DNA from: an uncultured Acidimicrobiia bacterium
Lineage (GTDB): Bacteria > Actinomycetota > Acidimicrobiia > Acidimicrobiales > AC-14
Assembly (NCBI GenBank): GCA_963836205.1
Contig: CAWIIV010000015.1
Span: forward strand, 352,001 to 416,000
Direction: 5' to 3'
Length of the DNA: 64,000 bases
Shown here: one piece after another, positions 1-9,925 of the stretch
Layout: the number at the start of each line of letters is the position of its first letter
Position numbering within the stretch: the first letter of the stretch is position 1
Notes under the pieces: model-generated
Seen by the model: the letters and a program-made list of their open reading frames with translations, nothing else
Database searches by the model: none
What the model was told of the DNA's origin: nothing
Made by a program: the position numbers and the translations under genes

Positions 1-68
1 AGGCCCGGCGTCATGAAGAGCACGAGCGCACACGACGCCAGCACCCACGCGGTATCTCCAGTGTCCAT
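1..68 (-). CDS. amtB: Ammonium transporter, N-terminal fragment (runs off the window)
   Basis: Reverse strand from ATG at 68 reads MDTGDTAWVLASCALVLFMTPG, the typical Amt N-terminus. A purine-rich RBS lies upstream. Confidence 0.85.
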   Translation of the reverse strand, partial: MDTGDTAWVLASCALVLFMTPG

Positions 69-125
69 CGTTGTCGATGCCCCTCCCCTGACGCCCCTTG
101 GTCGGAGGGACCGTATGCAACCAAG

Positions 126-163
126 CTGACACCATCGTTTCTCTCGTGTTAACGGCGTGTTGC
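126..163 (-). promoter_or_regulatory. GlnR-box-like array upstream of amtB
   Basis: Minus strand GCAAC-n6-TTAAC-n6-GAAAC-n6-GTCAG, with 11-bp periodicity matching the actinobacterial gTnAc-n6-GaAAc consensus. Confidence 0.65.
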
Positions 164-209
164 TTGTTCGGCGGGACTGACGGTGGGCCGCCACTAGCCT
201 GCCCCGGGG

Positions 210-1019
210 ATGACCTCCGACCCTCCTCCCGCGGGCCCGGGGCCCCGGTGGCCGGTGGCGCTCGTCACCGGGGCGTCGAGCGGCATCGGCGCCGCCTTCG
301 CCCGGAAGCTGGCGGCGGATGGCTCCGACCTGATCGTGGTCGCCCGCCGCCGCGATCGGCTGGAGGCGCTGGCCGCCGAACTGGCGTCGGCCTACGGGGT
401 GCGGGTGGAGACGTTGGCCGCCGACCTCACCGACGTCGTGGAGCTGGCGGTCGTCGAGGCCCGGCTGGCCGACCCCGAGCGGCCCGTCGACCTGCTGGTG
501 AACAACGCCGGGGCCGGCGGCCACGGGGCCTACGCGGCGCTGGCCGTCGATGACGTGGAGGGCATGGTCCGCCTCAACCTGCTGGCGCCGGTGCGGCTGA
601 CGTCGGCCGCGCTGCCGGCGATGGTGGCCCGGGGCTCGGGGGGGATCGTCAACGTGTCGTCGATCTCGGGCGAGCAACCGATTCCCTTCGTGGCCACGTA
701 CTCGGCCACCAAGGCGTTCCTCACCAGCCTGAGCGAGTCGGTGCACGAGGAGGTGCGGGGCCAGGGGGTCGCGGTGACGGCGGTGCTGCCCGGGTTCACC
801 CGCAGCGAGTTCCACGACCGGGCCGACATGGGCCGGGCCATCCCCAAGCCCTTCTGGATCACGAGCGAGGAGGTCGCCGCCGCCGGCCTGGCCGCGGTGG
901 CCCGGGGCCAGGCCATCTGCGTCCCCCGGTTCAGCTACCGGGTGCTGGTGGCCCTGGCCCGGCACGCCCCCCGAGGGCTGGTCCGGCGGGTGGCGGGGAT
1001 GGTCGGCCGGCGCACGTGA
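210..1019 (+). CDS. SDR family oxidoreductase
   Basis: TGASSGIG, NNAG and YSATK motifs. Confidence 0.93.
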   Translation: MTSDPPPAGPGPRWPVALVTGASSGIGAAFARKLAADGSDLIVVARRRDRLEALAAELASAYGVRVETLAADLTDVVELAVVEARLADPERPVDLLVNNAGAGGHGAYAALAVDDVEGMVRLNLLAPVRLTSAALPAMVARGSGGIVNVSSISGEQPIPFVATYSATKAFLTSLSESVHEEVRGQGVAVTAVLPGFTRSEFHDRADMGRAIPKPFWITSEEVAAAGLAAVARGQAICVPRFSYRVLVALARHAPRGLVRRVAGMVGRRT

Positions 1020-1546
1020 GCGCGGGCGTCGCCGTCCGGGCCGCCACCGAGGCCGACCTCGATCGGATGGTGGAGCTGTACTCGGCGGTCGCCGACGAGG
1101 GCCGGTGGATCGGTGCCGAGGGTCCCGTCGACGGTGACGAGCTCCGCCGGCGCTGGGGGGCGCGGGTGGCCAACGGGGAGGGCGTGCTCCTGGTGGCCGA
1201 GGCCGACGGAGGCGTCGGCGGCCTCGGCGGCCTCGTGGTCGGCCATGCCATCCTCGACCTGGCGGCCTACGGCGTGGCCTACCTGGGGATGCTTGTCGAC
1301 GGGGAGTGGCGGCGCCGGGGCGTCGGTGGCGCGCTGGTGGGGGCGGTGATCGACGCCGCCCGCGACCACGGCTGCCACAAGGTGTCGTTGCAGGTGTGGC
1401 CGCACAACGAGGGGGCCATCGCCCTCTACCGCAAGTTCGGGTTCGAGGAGGAAGGCGTTCTGCGGCGCCACTACCCCCGCCGCAACGGCGAGTTGTGGGA
1501 CGCAAAGGTGATGGGACTGTTGCTCAGCGGCGGAAAAGCAGGTTGA
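1016..1546 (+). CDS. GNAT N-acetyltransferase
   Basis: WRRRGVG motif A; NEGAIALYRKFGF. Confidence 0.9.
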   Translation: MSAGVAVRAATEADLDRMVELYSAVADEGRWIGAEGPVDGDELRRRWGARVANGEGVLLVAEADGGVGGLGGLVVGHAILDLAAYGVAYLGMLVDGEWRRRGVGGALVGAVIDAARDHGCHKVSLQVWPHNEGAIALYRKFGFEEEGVLRRHYPRRNGELWDAKVMGLLLSGGKAG

Positions 1547-1742
1547 GCACGATCGTGGCCACCACCGACAGGACGATCGACGTGGCGATCGGCACGTAGA
1601 CCCGGACGTTCTTCTTCCCGAACGCGAAGTCGCCCGGGAGGCGGCCGAGTCCCAGTCCGCCCGCGAGAACGAGGAGGAGGCCGGTGGCGGCCAAGATGAC
1701 GGCCGCCACCAGCAGGTACTTCCCGATCTGGGATACGTCCAT
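1524..1742 (-). CDS. DUF2905-like small membrane protein
   Basis: GRLPGDF...VYVPIATSIVLS motif; start re-assigned to ATG 1742. Confidence 0.8.
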   Translation of the reverse strand: MDVSQIGKYLLVAAVILAATGLLLVLAGGLGLGRLPGDFAFGKKNVRVYVPIATSIVLSVVATIVLNLLFRR

Positions 1743-1759
1743 CGTCGTGGCCGGCGGTG

Positions 1760-2278
1760 TCAGCCGAAGGTGACCCGGGTGCCGGCGGCCGCGGTGGCGC
1801 CGTTGCCCTCGGGCGTGTCGGCCGCCCGGGGGTTGGGCTTGCGGGGCGCCGACTTCTTGGCCGCCTCCAACTCGTCGCCGATCTCGCCCAGCCGCTTGCG
1901 CTTGAGCTCCTTGCGGACCTCGGGGAACAGGGTCTGCTCCTCCTCCTCCACGTGGTGACGCACGCTCTCGATGAGCACCATCATCTTGGCCCGGAACCGC
2001 TCCGCCTCGGGCGGCATGCCGTCGAGCTCGGAGAGCAGCCACTTGGCCACGTGGTGCTCCTCGAGGGCCTCGAGGACGTCGTCCTCGGCGTCGGGCATCT
2101 CCTTGCGGATCGCGGGATAGAGGACCTGCTCCTCGATGTGGGCGTGGACGGAGAGCTCCTCGATCACCTGGTCGGCGATCCTCCGGGCGTCCTGGGGCTT
2201 GCCCTCGGACTTCTCGAACTCCTTGAAGAGCTTCTCGACGGTCTTGTGGTCCTGCTTCAGTAGCGTGATTGCGTCCAT
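1760..2278 (-). CDS. Hemerythrin domain protein
   Basis: DAITLLKQDH, HAHIEEQVLYP, EEHH, HHVEEEE motifs. Confidence 0.9.
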   Translation of the reverse strand: MDAITLLKQDHKTVEKLFKEFEKSEGKPQDARRIADQVIEELSVHAHIEEQVLYPAIRKEMPDAEDDVLEALEEHHVAKWLLSELDGMPPEAERFRAKMMVLIESVRHHVEEEEQTLFPEVRKELKRKRLGEIGDELEAAKKSAPRKPNPRAADTPEGNGATAAAGTRVTFG

Positions 2279-2655
2279 GGACGGGTCATTCCCGCCACTC
2301 GACCGGCCCACACGACCAGCGGGATCTGGAGCGGGAGACGGAGCCAGGCCAGGACGGCGTTGGTGTCGATCGCCATCTGGACGTTGGCCGGGAACACGGC
2401 CACGAAGAGGACCGCGGCCGCGATCGCGCCCGGCCGCCGGGTGCGGGGGTGGGCGACGAGGGCGGCGCAGGCGATCTCGGCCACGCCGCTCCACCGGACC
2501 CAGAAGGCGGGATCGGCGAACACCGTGGGCACGATCCGCCGGTAGGGCCGGGGGATGACGAAGTGGGCGACGCCCGCGACGAGGAGGAGGCCGGCGAGGG
2601 CGTAGGCACTGGTATTGGTCGACGGCCGTGGCCGGCGAGGGAGGCGGTCGTCCAC
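2257..2655 (-). CDS. DoxX-like membrane protein
   Basis: AGVAHF, SGVAE, VFPANVQMA, RLPLQ motifs; start uncertain. Confidence 0.8.
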   Translation of the reverse strand: MDDRLPRRPRPSTNTSAYALAGLLLVAGVAHFVIPRPYRRIVPTVFADPAFWVRWSGVAEIACAALVAHPRTRRPGAIAAAVLFVAVFPANVQMAIDTNAVLAWLRLPLQIPLVVWAGRVAGMTRPWTQSRY

Positions 2656-2728
2656 ACCTGGTGTTCGGGGCTCGGGGGCCGGCGGTATGGGATCGGGTGT
2701 CGTGGGGGTGTCCGTAGACTCGTCGGGG

Positions 2729-3202
2729 ATGGTCCCGGGCGGACGGCGATGGCCAGCGTACGCGGCGGCGGCCTGGGCCTTCGTCTTCGCGGCGATGAGC
2801 TTCTCCTGGGCCCTCGGCGGCCGGCTGAGCATCGGGACCCAGGCGGTATCGATCCAGGAACAGGTCGACGACCCCGATTTCGTGGCCGTCCTGTGGGCGA
2901 CGGGTGTGCTGAAGGTGGTGGCAGGCGTGGTCGGGTTGGCGTTGGTCCGGCCCTTCGGACGCCGGGTCCCCCGGCGGGCGCTCCTGGTGCTGGCGGGTGG
3001 TACCGCGGTCCTACTCCTGCTCTACGGCGGCCTGGGTTGGTTGCAGGCCCTGCTGTGGGAGACCGGTGTCCAGGACATCCCCACCTCGGTCGGCCCCACC
3101 GCCGCCCGCTGGAAGCTCGTCTTCTGGGACCCGTTCTGGCTCCTCGGCGGCGTGCTGTTCCTCTGGGCGGTGCTGGAGTTTCGCCGGTCAGAACGCCAGT
3201 AG
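2729..3202 (+). CDS. DUF3995-like membrane protein
   Basis: Four hydrophobic helices; SFSWALGG and WDPFWLLGG. Confidence 0.7.
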   Translation: MVPGGRRWPAYAAAAWAFVFAAMSFSWALGGRLSIGTQAVSIQEQVDDPDFVAVLWATGVLKVVAGVVGLALVRPFGRRVPRRALLVLAGGTAVLLLLYGGLGWLQALLWETGVQDIPTSVGPTAARWKLVFWDPFWLLGGVLFLWAVLEFRRSERQ

Positions 3203-3748
3203 CTCGCCGACATCGATCGTCAGGCCGGGGATGAGGTCGGTTGCGAGCTGCTCGCCCGGTTCGAGGACGACGGGCTTGGCGTAGGCCCCGTCGGCGAGGC
3301 GGTAGACCTCGACCCGGTCGGCGTCGGGGTGGACGACCCAATACTCGGCGATGGCGAAGCGGGCGTAGAGCTCCCGCTTGCGCACCAGGTCGTGGCGGGG
3401 GACGGACAGCACCTCGGCCACGAGCGTCGGCGGTCCCTGGATGTTGGGCGCGGTGACCCGGTGGGCGTCTGCGTCGGACAGATAGACGACATCCGGTTGC
3501 ACGGTGACGGTGTCGGACAAAACGACGTCGCACGGGGCGACGAACACCCGTCCTCTCCCGGTGCGGCGGACGTGCTCGTAAAGGGCGAAGCCGAGTCGGA
3601 GGACGATGTCCTGGTGGCGGGTGGAGGGCACGGCCATCTCGAACAGCTCCCCGTCGATGAGCTCGAAGCGCCGGCCATCATCCGGGAGGGCCGCGTAGTC
3701 GGCGTACGTCAGCGTTCGGGGCTGCTCGACTGCCACGATCCCGAGCAT
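3188..3748 (-). CDS. Uma2 family (PD-(D/E)xK) endonuclease
   Basis: ELIDGEL, QPD, LVAEVLS, KRELYA, EYWVV motifs. Confidence 0.9.
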   Translation of the reverse strand: MLGIVAVEQPRTLTYADYAALPDDGRRFELIDGELFEMAVPSTRHQDIVLRLGFALYEHVRRTGRGRVFVAPCDVVLSDTVTVQPDVVYLSDADAHRVTAPNIQGPPTLVAEVLSVPRHDLVRKRELYARFAIAEYWVVHPDADRVEVYRLADGAYAKPVVLEPGEQLATDLIPGLTIDVGELLAF

Positions 3749-3812
3749 AGCGAACTCGTCACTTCTTGTCGTTTCACCACCTTTCCGTGTCTTTGTTGTA
3801 GAGTGAGACAGC

Positions 3813-3995
3813 ATGGAGGAGGACGGAACACCGTGGATTCTCCGGCGAGAGGCGGCCGCTCGTCTCGGCGTCGCGGCGCGGGAGCTGTACCGGCTCATCG
3901 AGGTCGGCGACCTGCCCGCGTACAAGGTGGGTCGCGACCTCCGGCTGCGGACCGCTGACCTCGACGCCTTCCGGGCCTCGCGTCCCGACGCGTAG
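3813..3995 (+). CDS. Excisionase-like HTH DNA-binding protein
   Basis: EAAARLGV...LYRLI..GDLPAYKVGRDLRL (HTH_17-like). Confidence 0.8.
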   Translation: MEEDGTPWILRREAAARLGVAARELYRLIEVGDLPAYKVGRDLRLRTADLDAFRASRPDA

Positions 3996-3997
3996 CC

Positions 3998-4192
3998 GTG
4001 CCCGAGAGGCCCGTCTTCCGGGCCGAAGTCCGCCTGAGCCGCGACGACGTGTTCGACATCGTCGCCCGGTGCGACGAGATCGTCGGCCACGCCGAGGCCA
4101 TCGGCGAGATGAGCATCGCCTTCGCCGCCGATTCGGTCGGCCAGTTCCTCCTCGGGCGGCTGATGGGAGACGTGGGCGGGCTCGACGGCTGA
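3998..4192 (+). CDS. Small acidic hypothetical protein
   Basis: Plausible codon usage; directly follows the HTH gene. Confidence 0.5.
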   Translation: MPERPVFRAEVRLSRDDVFDIVARCDEIVGHAEAIGEMSIAFAADSVGQFLLGRLMGDVGGLDG

Positions 4193-4203
4193 CGCGCCGG
4201 CGG

Positions 4204-7200
4204 TCAGCGGAAGTCGCGCGACCGGGTGGATCCGACGGCCAGCGAGAGGGCCTCGATCGACTCGGCGATGACGTTGGTGACGCCTTCGGCCCGTTCGAGG
4301 CGGCCCCGGATGAGGAGGGCGGGCGACGTCTGGGCCACCCGGCGGTAGGCGGCCCACACCCGAGAGTGGCAGATGACGTTGATCATGCCGGTCTCGTCCT
4401 CCAGGTTGACGAAGATGATGCCGGCGGCGGTGGCCGGCCGTTGGCGGTGGGTGACCAGGCCCCCGACCACCACCCGCCGTCCGGAGCGGACGCCGGCCAG
4501 GCCGGCGGCGCTGACCGCGCCCATCTCGTCGAGGCGGGGGCGGGCGAACTGCACCGGGTGGCGGTCGGCCGAGATCCCGGTCGACCACAGGTCGGCGGCC
4601 GCCACCTCGGGCTCGGTGAGCGCGGGCAGCGGCGGCGAGTCGGCACCCACGACCACGCCCGGCAGGCGGTCGGCGCCGCCCTGCACCACCGCTCCCGCCT
4701 CCCACAGGGCTTCCCGCCGGCCGCCGTCGCGCTCGAAGCAGCCGAACGCGCCCGCGGTGGCCAGGGCCTCCACTGCCGGCAACGGCGCGCCCGTGCGCCG
4801 GACGAGGTCGTCCATCGACGCGTACGGCCGCCGCTCGGCGATGCGCTCGGCGAGCGTGTCGCCCACGTTGCGCACCGACTCGATCCCCAGCCGCACCGCC
4901 ACCCCTCCCCCCTCCGAACTGGTGACACTTTTGGTGGCCCCAGGCACCAGATCCGTCACCGGTTCGGAGCGCCCTGCGAACTGGTGACGGATTTGGTCGT
5001 CCTGACCACCAAATCCGTCACCAGTTCGTTCGAGGGTGGCTTTGGTGGCGCTGCGGTTGACGTCGGGGCCCAAGACCGTCACGCCGTGGCGGCGGGCGTC
5101 GGCGACCAGGGAGTTGGGTGAGTAGAAGCCCATGGGCTGGGCGTTGAGGAGCGAGGCGCAGAAGGCGGCCGGGTAGTGCAACTTCATCCACGCCGATGCA
5201 TAGACGAGGTAGGCGAACGACACCGAGTGGCTCTCGGGGAAACCGAAGTTGGCGAACGCCGACAGCTTCTCGAAGATTGCGTCGGCGGTGGCGCCCACGA
5301 TCCCGTTGACCGCCATCCCCGAGTACAGCCGGCCCCGAAGCGCTTCCATCCGCTCGGTGCTGCGCTTCGACCCCATGGCCTGGCGCAGCTGGTCGGCATC
5401 GCCCGGCGAGAACCCGGCCACGTCGATGGCGATCTGCATCATCTGCTCCTGGAACAGCGGCACCCCCAGCGTCTTCTTCAGGGCCGGCTCGAGCAACGGA
5501 TGCAGATACGTGACCGGCTCCCGCCCGTTGCGGCGGCGGATGTAGGGATGCACCGACCCTCCCTGGATCGGCCCCGGCCGGATCAGGGCCACCTCCACCA
5601 CCAGGTCGTAGAACGTCCGAGGCCGCAGCCGGGGCAGGGTGGCCATCTGGGCCCGGCTCTCCACCTGGAACACACCCACCGAGTCGGCCCGGCACAGCAT
5701 CTCGTAGACGGCGTCCTCCTGGGGGATGGTGGCCAGGTCGGCGTCGATCCCGTGGACGTCGCGGATCAGGTCGAAGCCCAGGTGCAGGGCGGTGAGCATG
5801 CCCAGGCCGAGAAGGTCGATCTTGACCAGGCCCACCGCCGCGCAGTCGTCCTTGTCCCACTGGAGGACGCTCCGGTTCTCCATCCGGGCCCACTCCACCG
5901 GGCACACCTCCACCACCGGGCGGTCGCAGATCACCATCCCCCCGGAGTGGATGCCCAGGTGGCGGGGGAAGCCCTGGATCTGGCGGGCGAGGGCCATGAC
6001 CGGCTCGGGCACACCCACCTCGGCGGGGGTGGCCGAGAGCCGGTAGCCGTCGACCTGCTTCGACCAGGCGTCGAGGGCGCCCGGGGGATGGCCGAGGGCC
6101 CGGCCCATGTCGCGCACCGCCGACTTGGGCCGGTAGGTGATGACGTTGGCCACCTGGGCCGCGTTCTCCCGGCCATACCGCCCGTAGACGTACTGGATGG
6201 CCTCCTCCCGGCGGTCGTGCTCGATGTCGACGTCGATGTCGGGAGGGCCGTCGCGCTCGGGCGACAGGAAGCGCTCGAAGAGGAGCTTGAGCGCCACCGC
6301 GTCGGCGTTGGTGATCCCGAGGGCGTAGCAGACGGCGCTGTTGGCGGCCGAGCCCCGGCCCTGGCAGTAGATGTTGGACCGGCGGCAGAACTGGACGATG
6401 TCCCAGACGATGAGGAAGTAGCCGGGAAAGCCGAGGGCGTCGATCATGGCCAGCTCGTGCTCGATCTGGCGGTAGGCGCCGGGAACCCGCTCCGAGCCCG
6501 GCCCCGGCGGGCCGTACCGAACCTCGGCGCCCCGCAGGGTGAGCTCCCGCAGCCACGACATCTCGGTGTGTCCGGGCGGCACCGGGTAGTCGGGGAGATT
6601 GGGAGCCACCAGGCGCAGGTCGAAGGCGCACGCCCGGCCGATCTCGGCCGCCCGCTCGACCACGCCCGGGTAACGGGCGAAGCGGCGGGCCTGGTCGGCG
6701 CCCGAGCGCAGGCAGGCGGTGGCGGCGGCCGGCAGCCACCCGTCGAGGTCGTCGAGGGACCGGCGGGCCCGCACCGCGGCCAGGGCGGTGGCCAGGGGCC
6801 GGCGGGCGGCGGTGGCGTAGTGGACGTTGTTGGTGGCCACCACGTCGACCCGGGCCCGCATGGCCAGGGCCACCAGGGCGTCGTTGCGGGCCGAGTCGAG
6901 GGGGTCGCCGTGGTCCCACAGCTCGACGGCCACGTTTTCCCGCCCGAAGGCGTCGACCAGCCGGGCCAGCTCCCGGGCCGCGGCCGCGGGACCGCCGGCG
7001 ACCAGGGCGGCCGGCACGGTGCCCTTTCGGCAGCCGGTGAGCACCTGCCACCGCCCGCCGTGGGCCTCGGCCAGGTCGGCCAACGACGCCTTGGGCACGC
7101 CCTTCTCCCCCGCCGCCATGTGGGCCGCGCTGGCGGCCCGGCTCAGGCGGGCGTAGCCGTCGGGATCACGGGCCAGCACCACCAGGTGGCGGCCCTCGGG

Positions 7201-7605
7201 GTCGGCAATCCCCTGCTGCGAGCGGCGGGGGAGGTCGAGGGTGAGCTCGGTGCCGAAGACGGTGGGCACGCCCAGGGCGGTGGCCGCCTCCGCGAAGCGG
7301 ACGATGCCGTAGAAGCCGTCGTGGTCGGTGAGGGCGAGCGCCTCCAGTCCCAGGCGGGCCGCCTCCTCGGCCAGCTCCTCGGGATGGGAGGCGCCGTCGA
7401 GGAAGCTGAAGTTGGAGTGGCAGTGCAGCTCGGCGTAAGGCGTCGAACCTCGGTCCCGGCGCCGGCCCGGCGGCGGCGGCGGGGGGTCGTACGGCGCCCG
7501 CTTGTTGGACCAGGCCGGGCTGTCACCCCCGTCGGCGGTGGGCGGCCGCCCCGACAGCCGCCGCTCGAGCTCGGCCCACGGCAGCGGAGGATTCTCCCAA
7601 CCCAC
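4204..7605 (-). CDS. dnaE2: Error-prone DNA polymerase DnaE2 (ImuC)
   Basis: PHP YAELHCHSNFSFLDGAS, GRGSAANS, PPDIDVD and C-terminal SRDFR; start GTG (VGWENPP). Confidence 0.97.
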   Translation of the reverse strand: MGWENPPLPWAELERRLSGRPPTADGGDSPAWSNKRAPYDPPPPPPGRRRDRGSTPYAELHCHSNFSFLDGASHPEELAEEAARLGLEALALTDHDGFYGIVRFAEAATALGVPTVFGTELTLDLPRRSQQGIADPEGRHLVVLARDPDGYARLSRAASAAHMAAGEKGVPKASLADLAEAHGGRWQVLTGCRKGTVPAALVAGGPAAAARELARLVDAFGRENVAVELWDHGDPLDSARNDALVALAMRARVDVVATNNVHYATAARRPLATALAAVRARRSLDDLDGWLPAAATACLRSGADQARRFARYPGVVERAAEIGRACAFDLRLVAPNLPDYPVPPGHTEMSWLRELTLRGAEVRYGPPGPGSERVPGAYRQIEHELAMIDALGFPGYFLIVWDIVQFCRRSNIYCQGRGSAANSAVCYALGITNADAVALKLLFERFLSPERDGPPDIDVDIEHDRREEAIQYVYGRYGRENAAQVANVITYRPKSAVRDMGRALGHPPGALDAWSKQVDGYRLSATPAEVGVPEPVMALARQIQGFPRHLGIHSGGMVICDRPVVEVCPVEWARMENRSVLQWDKDDCAAVGLVKIDLLGLGMLTALHLGFDLIRDVHGIDADLATIPQEDAVYEMLCRADSVGVFQVESRAQMATLPRLRPRTFYDLVVEVALIRPGPIQGGSVHPYIRRRNGREPVTYLHPLLEPALKKTLGVPLFQEQMMQIAIDVAGFSPGDADQLRQAMGSKRSTERMEALRGRLYSGMAVNGIVGATADAIFEKLSAFANFGFPESHSVSFAYLVYASAWMKLHYPAAFCASLLNAQPMGFYSPNSLVADARRHGVTVLGPDVNRSATKATLERTGDGFGGQDDQIRHQFAGRSEPVTDLVPGATKSVTSSEGGGVAVRLGIESVRNVGDTLAERIAERRPYASMDDLVRRTGAPLPAVEALATAGAFGCFERDGGRREALWEAGAVVQGGADRLPGVVVGADSPPLPALTEPEVAAADLWSTGISADRHPVQFARPRLDEMGAVSAAGLAGVRSGRRVVVGGLVTHRQRPATAAGIIFVNLEDETGMINVICHSRVWAAYRRVAQTSPALLIRGRLERAEGVTNVIAESIEALSLAVGSTRSRDFR
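4912..5028. repeat. Two tandem ~52-58-bp palindromes inside dnaE2
   Basis: 4912-4969 has arms CTCCGAACTGGTGAC/GTCACCGGTTCGGAG. 4977-5028 has perfect 21-bp arms CGAACTGGTGACGGATTTGGT/ACCAAATCCGTCACCAGTTCG. Confidence 0.9.
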
Positions 7606-7620
7606 ATCCCACGACTGTAG

Positions 7621-7636
7621 ACGAACATACGTTCGA
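7621..7636. promoter_or_regulatory. LexA SOS box upstream of dnaE2
   Basis: ACGAAC-ATAC-GTTCGA matches the actinobacterial TCGAAC-N4-GTTCGA; 15 bp from the start codon. Confidence 0.9.
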
Positions 7637-7654
7637 CCACCACCGGGCCTCCGG

Positions 7655-8218
7655 CTATTGGACGCACTTCTCCTCGGTGTACACGACCGACGACACCTTC
7701 CACACCCCACCGAACTTGCGCAGCTCCACCCTGACCAGCATGGGTTCGGTGGCGGCGGGGATCACGACCTCACCCGTGGTCTTCGACACCGCGGTGCTCG
7801 AATCCAGCTGGCAGTCGGTGAAGGTGGCCTTGTTGCCGATGATCGTCACCCTTCCGGGGGAAAGCGTGGCCTGGCCTCGAATCTCGATCCCCCGCTCGGC
7901 GAAGTCGGCGACCGACCGAGGCAGGTCGGCCAGACGGGCGCCGGTGAAGTAGTCGGCGGGGTCGCCCGGCGGCCGGCCGCTGAGGAAGGCGTCGAAGACC
8001 GGCCAGTGCTCGGTGTACGCCCGCAGGACGGCGGCCGTCTCGTCGAACTGGTTGGCGGTCGGCGGCGACGGGCCCAGGGTGGTGGTGGCGGTGCCGTCGG
8101 CGGAGCTCGTGGTCGGGGCGAGGCTCGGCTTGGCGTCGTCACTGCGGCAACCGGCGACCCCGAACGCCAGGGCGAGGCTGAGGCCAAGGACGGGAGGGCG
8201 TCGGGGCATGCCCGCCAT
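7655..8218 (-). CDS. Hypothetical lipoprotein
   Basis: Signal peptide ending VAGC, then a Thr-rich linker. Confidence 0.7.
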   Translation of the reverse strand: MAGMPRRPPVLGLSLALAFGVAGCRSDDAKPSLAPTTSSADGTATTTLGPSPPTANQFDETAAVLRAYTEHWPVFDAFLSGRPPGDPADYFTGARLADLPRSVADFAERGIEIRGQATLSPGRVTIIGNKATFTDCQLDSSTAVSKTTGEVVIPAATEPMLVRVELRKFGGVWKVSSVVYTEEKCVQ

Positions 8219-8301
8219 TGTGGACGCTCACCTCGCCGAGCGCAGGGCCTCCACCTGCACCCGATCCGGGGCCCGGGGGACCCAGCGCTAGCGTCGCCGT
8301 T

Positions 8302-9200
8302 GTGAGCAAACCTCGGCGGTGGGTCGGAGTCCTCGCGTTGATGATCGTCAGCAGTAGCTGCACCGACAGCGGGTCGGACGGCGACTCGACAGCCGGTACG
8401 ACCCAGTCAACCAGCGGCGCGACGACGACCTCGGTCGTACGGCCGGTGGCGCCGCCCGGCCAGGTCATCGTCGCCCAACGGTTCCTGGTCGGCTGGTGGG
8501 ACGGAACGAGCTGGCACCGGCGAACCCAGATCGTCGGGAACCAGGGGATTCCGAGGTGCCCCTCGTCCTGGGCAGCCGCTACACGTTCGTATCCATCGAC
8601 GGACGTCGGATCTCGCGGAACCTGGGGAGGTCGACCTCGGAGTGCATCGGACCGGGCCCGGCCTTCGTCGAGGTACCCGACGACGTCGCCGAGATGGTCG
8701 GCATGGCCGAGGGTGTCGAGCCGCAGCCCCGCCCCGTCGATCAGATCGCGGCTGCACCCGCGCATCACGACTCGGTTCGAGTGTGGCTGGAAGGCGAGGG
8801 CATCGCCAGCCCCGAGGTGTCGATCGATCGGGTGACCAGGGCCGACATCGAGGGTGACGGCGTGGACGAGGTGCTGATCGAGGCGTCGCTCCACGCCGAC
8901 GAATCGTTGATCGCCCGCCCCGCCGGCGACTACTCAGTCGTGCTGCTCCGCCGCCTCAACCGGGGCGAGGTCGAGACGGTCGTGGTGAGCGGTGATGTCG
9001 TCACGGAGGACGAGGTGGGCGCCGAGCACTACGGCGGGTACCTCTACGCGTCACGACTCCTCGCCGTTGCCGACGTCGACGGTGACACGTGGCTCGAGGT
9101 GGTCGTCGGCATTCGGGAGTACGAGAGCACCGGGGTGGCGGTGTACGCCTGGGACGGGAAGGCCCTCGATGCCGTCCTGGCCGCCAACTGCGGGCCCTGA
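8302..9200 (+). CDS. Hypothetical lipoprotein, frameshifted near 8520-8560
   Basis: Signal ending SSSC in one frame. The acidic C-terminal part (DIEGDGVDE, DVDGD loops) is in the 8496..9200 frame. Confidence 0.6.
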
Positions 9201-9301
9201 CTGCCGCCAGCGGTCTGCGCTCGTGCCGGTTGAGCGGTGGTTGAGCGCCGGATGAGCGTGGTCCGGAGAATCGGCCTCGCCGACCGAGGAGAGGATCGCC
9301 G

Positions 9302-9925
9302 ATGGAAGACCGGATCCGCGTGTTCGTCTACGCCGGCGATCCCATCTCGGAGACGGGCATCGCCGGGCAGTTGCGGGGCCAGCCGGGGATCCACGTGGTG
9401 GCCGAGGCCGACGTCGACAGCGCCGCGGTCGCCATCGTCGTCACCGACGAGGTCGACGCCGACTCGAAGCGGGCCATCAAGGCCCTGCAGCGCAACGGCG
9501 TCCCCCGGGTCCTCGTGGTCGTCACCCGGGTCGACGACGCCGGGCTGTTGGCCGCCCTCGAGGTGGGCGCCTGCGGGATTCTCCGCCGGGCCGAGGCCCG
9601 ACCCGACCGCCTGGTGACCGCCATCCGGGCCGCCGTCGCCGGCGACGGCACTATGCCCCCCGACCTCCTGGGCCGGCTGCTCGACCAGGTCGGACGCCTC
9701 CAGCGCCAGGTGCTCGCGCCCCGGGGCCTCACCCTGGCCGGCCTGGCCGAGCGCGAGATCGAGGTGTTGCGGCTGATCGCCGACGGCCTCGACACCAGCG
9801 AGATCGCCAGCCGCCTGTGCTACTCGCAGCGGACGGTGAAGAACGTCATCCACGACGTCACCTCCCGCCTCCAGCTCCGCAACCGATCCCACGCCGTCGC
9901 CTACGCCATGCGCGAGGGCCTCGAT
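9302..9925 (+). CDS. NarL/LuxR-type response regulator of the CIS locus (read in frame into Pvc16 in this sequence)
   Basis: Atypical receiver domain plus LAEREIEVLRLIADG...TVKN...RNRSHAVAYAMREG HTH. Confidence 0.85.

Noticed and set aside
5018-7620. Long antisense or alternative-frame ORFs (also 12400-15026, 15289-17484, 31674-33626 and others)
   Set aside because: Typical high-GC shadow ORFs over well-supported genes.
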